A stretch of DNA of 64,000 nucleotides from Candidatus Levyibacteriota bacterium (GTDB taxonomy: Bacteria; Patescibacteriota; Microgenomatia; Levybacterales; GWA1-39-11), in contig JBCLLY010000002.1 in the NCBI GenBank assembly GCA_039738415.1, positions 9,792-73,791 of the forward strand, written 5' to 3'. Made by a program: the position numbers and the translations under genes. This document shows, piece by piece, positions 1-9,503 of this stretch (its first letter is position 1; each line of letters starts with the position of its first letter). The notes under the pieces are model-generated. The model saw only the letters and a list, made by a program, of their open reading frames with translations. It was not told where the DNA came from and searched no databases.

Positions 1-1726
1 GTTCAGAAAATGGTTCAGTCGGATGCGAGTGGCGTAATATTTACAATTGACCCTATAACAAACAATAAGCAAAGGATTGTTATAGAGGCGATATTTGGGT
101 TAGGTGAATATATAGTTCAAGGCAGACTTACTCCGGATCACTACGAAGTAAATAAGGGGGACTTAAAGATTGTCAGTAAGAATATTGTCGAGCAACCGAT
201 AAGACTTGTGTATAAAAAAGGGGAAAATGTCCGTGATTTTGTACCTGAAAAAGCCAGAAAACTTCAGAAAATTTCAGATCCGCAAATAGAGAAATTAGCA
301 CGTATTGCAAGAGAAATTGAAGCTCATTATTATTTTCCTCAAGACATAGAATGGGCAATTGAAAAGGAGAAGATATATATTGTCCAGACAAGACCTATTA
401 CAACAATTCATAAAAGAGTTGAAAAAGCAGATGATGGAGTAAAAAAGATTAGTATTAGCACTGCCAAAAAAATTCTAGTGGGAGATCCTGCATGTCCGGG
501 AATAGGAATTGGTAGGGTAAAAATTATCCGTACGGTCAAGGATATTTCAAAAGTTGAACAGGGCGATGTAATGGTTGCACCGATGACAAATCCTGACTAT
601 GTTCCCGCTATGAAAAAAGCGGCTGCAATTGTGACCGAGCGGGGGGGGGAGAACATCTCATGCGGCAATTGTTTCAAGAGAATTCGGAATTCCGGCAATA
701 GTAGGTGCGGCAGGTGCAACTAGACGTTTGGTAGAAAATCAAATAGTAACCGTGGATGGGGGCAAGGGTGAAGTTTACCGCGGAAGTGTAGCTATAAAAA
801 GTGCTGAAGAAAGTAAGGGTTCTGAGAATCTAAAGACAGCAACAAGTCTAATGGTAAATATTTCAGAGCCTGAAATTGCAAAAACAGTTGCTTCCCTTCC
901 TGTTGATGGCGTAGGGCTTTTAAGAGCAGAGTTTATGATTGCACAAATCGGTATTCACCCTAAAAAACTAATTGAGGATAAACGCGAGAAGATATTTGTG
1001 GAAAAACTCTCTGAGTCACTAGAGAAAATTTGCTCGGCGTTTTACCCCAGACCCGTACTATATAGAGCAACGGATTTTAAGACAAATGAGTATAGAAATT
1101 TGGTAGGTGGAAAGCAATATGAGCCCGTCGAGAGCAATCCTATGCTAGGTTATAGGGGAGCGTATAGATATATGACAGACCCGGGGGTTTTTAATCTAGA
1201 ACTTCAGGCGATTAAAAATGTCCGAGAAAAAAAAGAATTTACAAATCTCAACTTGATGCTTCCTTTCGTAAGAACTGTTAATGAGCTAAGACAGGTAAAA
1301 AGCATTATTTACAACAGCGGTTTGCGCAGGTCTACGTTATTTAAGCTTTACATGATGGTTGAAATACCTTCAAACGTAATTTTAATTGACGATTTTATAG
1401 AAGAGGGAATAGATGGTGTGTCAATTGGCTCAAATGATTTAACAATGCTAATGCTTGGAATTGACCGCGACAATGAAGAGGTAGCACGTGAATTTGATGA
1501 GCGCGACAAGGCTCTTCTATGGGCTTATGAAAAAGTGATAAAAAGCGCTAACAAACATAAAATTAGCGTTGGAATTTGCGGACAAGCACCATCAAGCTTT
1601 CCCGATTTAGTACAAAAACTTGTTGATTTTGGAATAACTAGCATTTCGGTGTCTCCTGACGCAGTACATCATACCCGTGAAATTATTTATAGAGCAGAGC
1701 ATAATATAATAAAAAGAAATGGCTAA
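1..1726 (+). pseudogene. ppsA: PEP synthase / pyruvate,water dikinase (5' end outside window), frame broken by a 1-nt frameshift in a G9 run
   Basis: ORF 10..723 ends TERGGENISC. Shifting frame after the G run at 641-649 reads [26 protein letters not shown], the phosphohistidine motif. That reading continues into ORF 728..1726, the PEP-utilizing C-terminal domain. Confidence 0.8.
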
Positions 1727-2984
1727 GATAGAGAAAGTACATGCACGCGAAATATTAGATTCTAGGGCAAAGCCGACTGTCGAAGTAACGGTAATTTTAT
1801 CAGACGGAACAAATGCGAGCTCCTCAGTTCCATCTGGCGTGAGTCGTGGAACATATGAAGCGCATGAACTTCGGGATGATGACCAAAATAGATTTAAGGG
1901 AAATGGCGTCTTAAAAGCTGTTGAAGGGGTCAATTCTGTTATCGCCCCCGCAATAGTAGGAATGGAATCAACTGACCAGCAAAAGATAGATAAAAAAATG
2001 ATTGAAATGGATGGGACGCAAAATAAAAGTTCATTGGGTGGTAATGCAATCCTTGCCGTTTCGCAAGCTGTTGCCAAGGCTGCTGCAAAAAGCTCTCTTT
2101 TACCCCTGAGTGTATATTTGAGACAATTTCTTTCTATTCGCTTTGAGGGACACAAGATTCCTACCCCACTATTTAATGTAGTTGAGGGCGGAAAGCATGC
2201 CTATAACGGTGTCGATTTTCAAGAATTTTTAGTAATTCCAGCAAGCTCTTTTGATTATTCTGCAAGTCTTCAAATAGGAATAGGGATATATAATGCTTTA
2301 AGAGAGTATTTAAAAAGTTCAAATTTTTCTACAGGCGTTGCTGACGAAGGTGGCTTTGCACCGGATTTCTCATCAAATTTAGAGGCATTAAGAACGATAA
2401 GGACTGCAATAGAGACAACTTCATATAGTTTTTCAAAAGATGTTTTTCTGGGGCTAGATGTTGCCGCGAATAGTCTAGTCAATAACCGAAAATATACAAT
2501 TAAAGATAAGAGTGGACAAATAGATCATTCAGACCTTCAGGCTTTCTATAAAACAATTATTACAGATTTTTCAATTATTTACTTAGAAGACCCATTTGCG
2601 GAGGACGACTGGGAAGCATGGAAGGATCTTTATAACGATGTAGGTGGAAATACTTTAATAGTTGGAGATGATTTAACCAGCACTAATCCATATAGACTTC
2701 AAATGGCTATTAACAATAATGTAATAAACGCATTAATTGTTAAACCAAACCAAATAGGAACAATCACTGAAGCGTTGGCTGTTGTTGAAATTGCAAAATA
2801 TAAAAATTTGAAAATAATTGTTTCACACAGAAGCGGTGAAACTAGTGATGATTTCATAGCGGACTTTGCAGTTGCAGTTGGAGCCGACTATGTAAAATTT
2901 GGAGCTCCAGCACACGAAAGGATTATAAAATATAACCGCTTGCTTGTAATAGAGCAGGAACTTTTAGAACTTAATTCTCTTTAA
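1719..2984 (+). CDS. eno: enolase
   Basis: 421 aa. N-terminus MAKIEKVHAREILDSRAKPTVEV and the C-terminal SHRSGET motif are typical of enolase. Confidence 0.95.
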   Translation: MAKIEKVHAREILDSRAKPTVEVTVILSDGTNASSSVPSGVSRGTYEAHELRDDDQNRFKGNGVLKAVEGVNSVIAPAIVGMESTDQQKIDKKMIEMDGTQNKSSLGGNAILAVSQAVAKAAAKSSLLPLSVYLRQFLSIRFEGHKIPTPLFNVVEGGKHAYNGVDFQEFLVIPASSFDYSASLQIGIGIYNALREYLKSSNFSTGVADEGGFAPDFSSNLEALRTIRTAIETTSYSFSKDVFLGLDVAANSLVNNRKYTIKDKSGQIDHSDLQAFYKTIITDFSIIYLEDPFAEDDWEAWKDLYNDVGGNTLIVGDDLTSTNPYRLQMAINNNVINALIVKPNQIGTITEALAVVEIAKYKNLKIIVSHRSGETSDDFIADFAVAVGADYVKFGAPAHERIIKYNRLLVIEQELLELNSL

Positions 2985-3651
2985 CTACCGGATTTATTAC
3001 TAGAGTAAATTCACCTTTAGGGTTTTTAAAACTATAAATTTCTATTTGCTTTGTTATTGGTAGAGTATTTATCTCCTCAAATTTCTTAGTTAGTTCGCGG
3101 GAAATAGAAATATTTATATCTCCAAATATGTCCAGTAACGTTTTCAAAGTTTTTAAAACCCTGTGAGGAGATTCAAATAAAATTATTGTTTGGTTTTTAT
3201 TCCTGTAATTTTCAAGCATTTTAGTTTGTTTGGTAGATGATTTAGGAAGAAAACCTAAAAATAAAAATGAATTTGTGGGTAAGTTTGAGCTAACCAAGGC
3301 AGCCAAAATAGAAGATGCCCCAGGAATGGGAATAATTCTATGTCCAAGTTTGATTGCCGCTCTTATAAATTTGTAACCCGGATCTGACAAAAGAGGAGTT
3401 CCGGCGTCAGAAATCAGCGAAACATTCCCTAGATCTTTTATCAAATTAAGAATTTCATACGTCTTTAACTCTTCGTTAAATTCATTGAGGGCAATAAGCT
3501 TTGAGTCAATTTTATAAGTGTCAAAAAGCCTTTTGCTAACTCTGGTATCCTCACAAATAATGACTTCTGAATTTTTTAAAGTCTCAACAGCGCGATAAGT
3601 TATGTCTTTTAGATTGCCAATCGGCGTTGAAACAATGTAAATATTTGCCAT
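2971..3651 (-). CDS. rsmI: 16S rRNA (cytidine1402-2'-O)-methyltransferase
   Basis: 226 aa. IYIVSTPIGNLKDITYRAVETLK...ICEDTR and SDAGTPLLSDPG are tetrapyrrole-methylase-fold RsmI signatures. Confidence 0.85.
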   Translation of the reverse strand: MANIYIVSTPIGNLKDITYRAVETLKNSEVIICEDTRVSKRLFDTYKIDSKLIALNEFNEELKTYEILNLIKDLGNVSLISDAGTPLLSDPGYKFIRAAIKLGHRIIPIPGASSILAALVSSNLPTNSFLFLGFLPKSSTKQTKMLENYRNKNQTIILFESPHRVLKTLKTLLDIFGDINISISRELTKKFEEINTLPITKQIEIYSFKNPKGEFTLVINPVVKEN

Positions 3652-3699
3652 ATGCTATATTATACCCTAGAGTAAGAAGAGATTGAAGCTTTGGGGTTT

Positions 3700-4344
3700 T
3701 TAATTGAAGCGGCGTATGAGTCCTACAACTTTTCCCTGAATTTTAAGGTCATTTGGATAAATAGGTTCCATATCGCGGTTTGCCGGCATAAGTACAATAC
3801 GCCCATTCTCTTTCATATATCTTTTAAGTGTTGCTAAATTATCGTCTACCAAAGCAACAACTATATCTCCTTCATCAGCTATATCGGATTTTTCGATTAC
3901 CACATAATCTCCATCCAGTATTCCGTCTTCAATCATCGAATTTCCCTTCACTTGAAGCGCATAGGAAGTTTTTTTACCAGCTAACATGGTTGAAGCTATT
4001 TCAAGAGTTGCTTCAGGGTCTGTATGAGGCTCTAGCGGACTACCTGCTGCAATATATCCCATTAGAGGCAATGCAATAGTAGGTCCAACAGCTCTTGTAA
4101 TATTTCCCAGTATAGCCCCCAATTTATCCTTATTAAGTACCTTAAGAGTCCTGTTATTTCCGTCTACTTTTTGGATATATCCCTTGTCAACGAGTGAACG
4201 GATTAAATTGTGAATCGTAGCGGGGCTTCGCCTATTCATGGCTTTTGCCATTACACGTAGAGTAGGTGAATATCCGTTTCCTTCCTGAAATTGGATTATA
4301 TATTGAAGCAAATCGCGTTCTCTTCTGTATAGCACTGCAGTCAT
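3700..4344 (-). CDS. lexA: LexA repressor (S24 peptidase)
   Basis: It has an N-terminal winged-helix region (GYSPTLRVMAKAM). The C-terminal region carries VKGNSMIEDGILDGDYVVI and LKRY, the Ser/Lys dyad context. It is divergent from uvrB. Confidence 0.9.
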   Translation of the reverse strand: MTAVLYRRERDLLQYIIQFQEGNGYSPTLRVMAKAMNRRSPATIHNLIRSLVDKGYIQKVDGNNRTLKVLNKDKLGAILGNITRAVGPTIALPLMGYIAAGSPLEPHTDPEATLEIASTMLAGKKTSYALQVKGNSMIEDGILDGDYVVIEKSDIADEGDIVVALVDDNLATLKRYMKENGRIVLMPANRDMEPIYPNDLKIQGKVVGLIRRFN

Positions 4345-4379
4345 AAATTTAGGTAATAGATAATAGTGAATAGAAAATA
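4345..4379. repeat. tandem heptamer array abutting the lexA start codon
   Basis: The + strand reads AAATTTA GGTAATA GATAATA GTGAATA GAAAATA. On the lexA strand this is TATTTTC TATTCAC TATTATC TATTACC TAAATTT followed directly by ATG. Confidence 0.6.
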
Positions 4380-4554
4380 TTATTCATAATATTTGAATAT
4401 TATTGATAAAAACTATACTAAAAATATACGAAAAAAAGGCGAACATTGTCAACGGGACAAAACGCAACAAACTATGTCAATTTTACTACAGTTAGTATCT
4501 TTTTATTCCTTTTATGAACTTTATAATTTCAATCTTTGCTATAATAGAAGACTT

Positions 4555-6534
4555 ATGAAATTTAGACTTGAGTCCAAATATAAACCTACCGGTGATCAGC
4601 CGGAGGCAATAGAAAATCTAACTAAAGGTTTTAAAAGTGGTAAAAAAAATCAGGTTCTTCTGGGAGTAACGGGTAGTGGAAAGACTTTTACAATTGCTAA
4701 TGTAATTCAAAATATCCAAAAGCCAACGCTGGTTATTTCACACAATAAAACTCTTGCAGCCCAACTCTATCAAGAACTTAGGGACTTTTTTCCTGAAAAT
4801 GCAGTTAGTTATTTTGTATCATATTACGATTTTTATCAGCCCGAAGCATATATGCCGACAACTGATACTTATATCGCAAAAGAAACTGAAGTAAACGACG
4901 AAATTGATAGATTAAGGCTTAGCGCAACCACGAATATTCTAACCCGTCCTGACACGATAGTCGTCGCCTCGGTTAGTGCTATTTACAATTTAGGTTCTCC
5001 TGACGAGTACGGAAAAGTCGTATTGGAAGTTGCCCAAGGAATGAAAATAGGCAGGCACTCAATTTTAGACCGCTTACTTGACTTAATGTATGCGCGAAAT
5101 GACTACGACTTTAAAAGGAGCACGTTTAGAGTTCGCGGAGATACTATTGAAGTACTTCCCGGTTATGAAAATCGCGGGGTGAGAATTACTCTAGCGGGAG
5201 ATTTTGTGGAAAAAATTGAACGTTTCAATCCCTTGAACGGGGAGCTTTTTGAAAGTATAAAAAACATAGTTATTTATCCGGCAAAACACTATATAACAGA
5301 CCCTACTAGCTATGATAGGGTGTTTGTTCAAATAAGAGCTGATATGGAAGAGCAAGTGAATTTTTTTCTTAAAAAAGGAAAACTGCTGGAGGCAAGGCGA
5401 TTAAAGCAAAGAACTGAATACGATTTAAAAATGATAAAAGAGTTGGGATATGTAAATGGGATTGAAAATTATTCCAGATATTTTGATGGAAGAGCGCCTG
5501 GCGACCCGCCATATTCTTTACTCGAATTTTTTAATAAAGTATCTGATGACTGGCTTCTTGTAATAGATGAATCTCATATGACAGTTCCACAAATTAGAGG
5601 GATGTATAACGGAGATCGTTCCCGTAAAGAAACTTTAGTAAATTATGGATTCCGTCTTCCGGCAGCATATGATAACAGACCGCTTAAATTTGAAGAATTT
5701 GAGCAAAAGATTAAAAAAACAATTTTTATGAGTGCTACACCCAGTGAGTGGGAGAAGGAAAAGTCAGGGAGGAAAAATATAGTTGAGCAATTGGTTCGTC
5801 CTACGGGAATTATAGATCCTGAGATAGAAATAAGAAAAACCGAAGGGCAAATATCGGATTTGATAGAAGAAATAAAAAAGACAGCTGAAAAAAAAGAGAG
5901 AGTTTTGGTTACAACACTTACAAAGAGGATGGCTGAGGATTTGACTACCTTTATGGAAGAGAGAGAAATTAAGGTAAATTATTTGCATAGTGGTGTAGAC
6001 ACTCTAGCACGCCAGGACGTGCTGGATGATTTGCGAAGCGGAGTCTATGATGTAGTCGTGGGAATAAACTTGCTCAGGGAAGGACTCGATTTACCCGAAG
6101 TATCACTTGTTGCAATACTTGATGCAGATAGAGAGGGGTTTTTGAGAAGCAAAACGTCACTCGTTCAAATCATGGGTCGTGCTGCACGCAGAGTTGGCGC
6201 TAGAGTTATACTTTATGCTGATAAAAATACAAGATCGATGAATGAAGCGATTGAAGAGGTAGATAGGCGTCGGCAATATCAAATGGAATACAATAAAAAA
6301 AACGGTATTACACCGGAAACAATTGAAAAAGCAATCCGCGCGAAGTTAATTGAGCTAAAGGAGAAAACAATTGAGGATTTAAAACCGCTTATGGATAGGG
6401 AAGTTTTACTGCCTGATGATAGGGAGAAATTAATCAAGCGCTTGCGCAGTGAAATGAAAGCCGCAGCAAAGGATTTGGATTTTGAAACCGCTGCGCAGCT
6501 GAGAGATAAAGTCCGCTATTTACAACAGCGCTAG
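4555..6534 (+). CDS. uvrB: excinuclease ABC subunit B
   Basis: From M55 of ORF 4393..6534 the protein reads MKFRLESKYKPTGDQPEAI...GVTGSGKTF, the canonical UvrB N-terminus. A C-terminal UVR motif is present. TGCTATAAT lies at 4537-4545. Confidence 0.95.
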   Translation: MKFRLESKYKPTGDQPEAIENLTKGFKSGKKNQVLLGVTGSGKTFTIANVIQNIQKPTLVISHNKTLAAQLYQELRDFFPENAVSYFVSYYDFYQPEAYMPTTDTYIAKETEVNDEIDRLRLSATTNILTRPDTIVVASVSAIYNLGSPDEYGKVVLEVAQGMKIGRHSILDRLLDLMYARNDYDFKRSTFRVRGDTIEVLPGYENRGVRITLAGDFVEKIERFNPLNGELFESIKNIVIYPAKHYITDPTSYDRVFVQIRADMEEQVNFFLKKGKLLEARRLKQRTEYDLKMIKELGYVNGIENYSRYFDGRAPGDPPYSLLEFFNKVSDDWLLVIDESHMTVPQIRGMYNGDRSRKETLVNYGFRLPAAYDNRPLKFEEFEQKIKKTIFMSATPSEWEKEKSGRKNIVEQLVRPTGIIDPEIEIRKTEGQISDLIEEIKKTAEKKERVLVTTLTKRMAEDLTTFMEEREIKVNYLHSGVDTLARQDVLDDLRSGVYDVVVGINLLREGLDLPEVSLVAILDADREGFLRSKTSLVQIMGRAARRVGARVILYADKNTRSMNEAIEEVDRRRQYQMEYNKKNGITPETIEKAIRAKLIELKEKTIEDLKPLMDREVLLPDDREKLIKRLRSEMKAAAKDLDFETAAQLRDKVRYLQQR

Positions 6535-6626
6535 TATGGTTGATTAAAGTCTTAAGGATAGGCTATAATAGATGACTTTCCCTCCTTTCCCAAGGCTACG
6601 GAAGGGCAGGATCCCCAAAAATAAAT

Positions 6627-9503
6627 ATGTTGGATAAAATAGTCATTAAAGGTGCTCGCGAACACAATTTAAAAAATATAGATTTAGAGATCCCAAAGAA
6701 TAAACTCGTGGTCTTCACTGGATTGTCAGGAAGCGGAAAAAGTTCTCTCGCCTTTGACACAATTTACGCTGAGGGGCAAAGGCGGTATGTTGAGAGTTTG
6801 TCCTCTTATGCCAGACAATTTTTGGGAGTGATGAAAAAGCCTGACGTTGAATTTATCGACGGGCTTTCTCCCAGTATTTCGATAGACCAAAAAACAACCT
6901 CTCACAATCCACGTTCAACGGTTGGAACAGTTACTGAAATTTACGATTATCTCCGTCTTTTATTTGCCCGCGTAGGACATCCTCATTGTCCCGAGTGCGG
7001 ACGGGAAATAACTAGAACCACAAAGGAAAAAATAGTAGACGAGATAGCCCAAAAGTATGTAACAGGAAATCCTACAAAAATTATGATTTTAGCGCCACTT
7101 GTTAGAGGTAGAAAGGGTGAATATCAGGATTTATTCAAAGATTTACGAAAAAGAGGCTTTCAACAGGTGAGAATTGATAGTCAAGTATTTGATTTAACTG
7201 ATGATATAGCACTTATTAAAACCAACTCTCATACGATTGATGCAATAGTGGACAGGATGATAATTGATAAAAATTATGAAAGGCAGCGGCTTACAGATTC
7301 TGTTGAGCAGGCACTGACACTAGGCAGTGGGGAAATTATAGTGTCGTTGGTAAAAGATAAAAGTTTTACATTCCCGCAAAAGCCAACCGAAATGGAAGAC
7401 CTTCTTTATTCGGAAAAATTTGCGTGTCCTGTGGATGGAACATCTGTTTCTGAAATTGAACCGCGCCTTTTCTCATTCAATTCCCCATATGGGGCATGTC
7501 CTGTATGCAATGGTTTAGGTGAAATTTTAAAAGTAAATGAAGAATTAGTCTTGAATGGAAATTTAACGATTTTAGAGGGTGGGATAATGCCTTTTTCAAA
7601 TCTGGAAGAGAGGGATACATGGCTTACACGCACAATAAAACATGTACTTGAGGAAAATGATATTCCGCTTGATGTGTACATAAGCAGTCTAAAGCCAGAG
7701 CAGAGAAAAATAATTCTTCATGGAACGGGAGATAAAATTTATCAGATAAAAGGAAAAAATAGATTTGGAGAAGATACAAAAATTTATGAACCATATCCCG
7801 GAGTAATTAAGTACTTGGTGGATAGGTATCACGAGACTGATTCAGAAATGATAAAAAATGAAGTTGGTAAGTTCATGCGTCCTACGAAATGCCCGGACTG
7901 CAATGGTACAAGACTTAAAAAGGAAGCGGTTGCTGTAACTATTGCCGGTAAATCAATTGTAGATTTGACAGATCTACCGATAGACGAAGCTTTTAATTTT
8001 TTTGAGAAAATTGCGGTAAGTTTGAGCTCAAAGGAAAAAGAAATTGCACAAATGGTTCTAAAGGAAATTTCTACAAGACTTAAATTTTTAAACGATGTAG
8101 GGCTTTCGTATCTTACTCTAGCGCGTAGTGCAGGGAGTCTTGCAGGCGGAGAAGCACAAAGAATAAGACTAGCATCTCAAATTGGAAGCGGTCTTTCGGG
8201 GGTTTTGTATGTTCTTGACGAGCCTTCTATCGGGCTTCATCCCATAGACAATGCAAAACTTATAGCAACGCTAAAGCACCTTAGAGATATAGGAAATACT
8301 GTAATAGTCGTAGAACATGATCAGGAAATAATGGAGGAGAGCGATTATATTTTTGACATCGGACCCGGTGCTGGGGAACAGGGAGGAAGAGTTATTGCGC
8401 AAGGAACTCCTGAGGAAATTAAAAAAGACAAAAATTCGCTAACGGGTCAGTATATTTCCGGAAAAAAGAAAATTAAAATTCCAAATAACACTAAAATTGA
8501 AGTTGAACAGGAGTATCTGGAAATTAAAGGAGTTAACGAGCATAATTTAAAAAAAATTGATGTTTCCTTTCCTCTGAATAAATTTATTTGCATAACGGGA
8601 GTGTCAGGAAGCGGTAAGTCAACTCTTATAAATGATGTTTTATACCACGCCCTTGCCCGTGAAAAAAATCCTTTTCATAGGGAGGAACCCGGAGAATTTG
8701 AGGAGCTTATAAATGACGCTTTGATAAAAAGAGTATTTATGATAGATCAGAGTCCAATCGGACGCACACCACGTTCAAATCCTGCAACATATACAGGCGC
8801 GTTTACATTTATCCGCCAAATTTTTGCAAATTGCCGGGAGGCCCGAATGCGCGGATACACACAGGGAAGATTTTCGTTTAATGTAAAGGGGGGCAGATGT
8901 GAGACTTGCGAAGGTGATGGTCAAATAAAAATAGAAATGCAATTTTTGCCAGATGTGTATGTCACTTGTGAAGCTTGTAATGGAGCACGTTATACGAAGG
9001 ATACACTGGAAATAGAATTTGAGGGCAAAAACATTTCAGATGTTTTGAATATGAGTGTCAGTGAGGCCTTAAAATTCTTTTCCTTTCACGAGGGTTTATC
9101 TAATAAATTGAAGACGCTTGATGAGGTAGGGTTGTCATATGTAAAATTGGGTCAATTTGCAACAACTCTTTCAGGAGGAGAAGCACAGCGCATAAAGCTT
9201 TCAGCGGAGTTATCAAAAAAAGGAAATGGAAGAAGTATTTATCTTCTTGATGAACCTACAACAGGGCTTCATTTTGCGGATTTGGAAAAGTTAATTTTAG
9301 TCTTAAGAAAATTAGTTGAAAAAGGGAATACGGTAATTGTAATAGAGCATAATCTTGATTTAATAAAAAATTCAGACTATATAATAGATTTAGGTCCTGA
9401 TGGTGGAGATAAGGGGGGAGAAATCGTCGCGGTCGGTTCACCCAAGGAGATTGCGGCAAATGTCTCTTCCTATACCGGCCGGTATCTAAAAAAATATTTA
9501 TAG
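6627..9503 (+). CDS. uvrA: excinuclease ABC subunit A
   Basis: 958 aa with two ABC ATPase modules (GLSGSGKSS, GVSGSGKST), zinc-finger Cys clusters and two LSGGE signatures. Confidence 0.97.
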   Translation: MLDKIVIKGAREHNLKNIDLEIPKNKLVVFTGLSGSGKSSLAFDTIYAEGQRRYVESLSSYARQFLGVMKKPDVEFIDGLSPSISIDQKTTSHNPRSTVGTVTEIYDYLRLLFARVGHPHCPECGREITRTTKEKIVDEIAQKYVTGNPTKIMILAPLVRGRKGEYQDLFKDLRKRGFQQVRIDSQVFDLTDDIALIKTNSHTIDAIVDRMIIDKNYERQRLTDSVEQALTLGSGEIIVSLVKDKSFTFPQKPTEMEDLLYSEKFACPVDGTSVSEIEPRLFSFNSPYGACPVCNGLGEILKVNEELVLNGNLTILEGGIMPFSNLEERDTWLTRTIKHVLEENDIPLDVYISSLKPEQRKIILHGTGDKIYQIKGKNRFGEDTKIYEPYPGVIKYLVDRYHETDSEMIKNEVGKFMRPTKCPDCNGTRLKKEAVAVTIAGKSIVDLTDLPIDEAFNFFEKIAVSLSSKEKEIAQMVLKEISTRLKFLNDVGLSYLTLARSAGSLAGGEAQRIRLASQIGSGLSGVLYVLDEPSIGLHPIDNAKLIATLKHLRDIGNTVIVVEHDQEIMEESDYIFDIGPGAGEQGGRVIAQGTPEEIKKDKNSLTGQYISGKKKIKIPNNTKIEVEQEYLEIKGVNEHNLKKIDVSFPLNKFICITGVSGSGKSTLINDVLYHALAREKNPFHREEPGEFEELINDALIKRVFMIDQSPIGRTPRSNPATYTGAFTFIRQIFANCREARMRGYTQGRFSFNVKGGRCETCEGDGQIKIEMQFLPDVYVTCEACNGARYTKDTLEIEFEGKNISDVLNMSVSEALKFFSFHEGLSNKLKTLDEVGLSYVKLGQFATTLSGGEAQRIKLSAELSKKGNGRSIYLLDEPTTGLHFADLEKLILVLRKLVEKGNTVIVIEHNLDLIKNSDYIIDLGPDGGDKGGEIVAVGSPKEIAANVSSYTGRYLKKYL

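Noticed and set aside
4440-4453. CGAACATTGTCAAC as a Gram-positive-type LexA (Cheo) box.
   Set aside because: Only the GAAC half-site matches, and the second half is not GTTC. The string is better explained as the -35 TTGACA of a minus-strand lexA promoter.
4393-4554. A 54-aa N-terminal extension of uvrB, as given by the ORF track.
   Set aside because: The extension has no UvrB similarity. The conserved N-terminus starts at ATG 4555, and a TGCTATAAT box lies inside the supposed extension.
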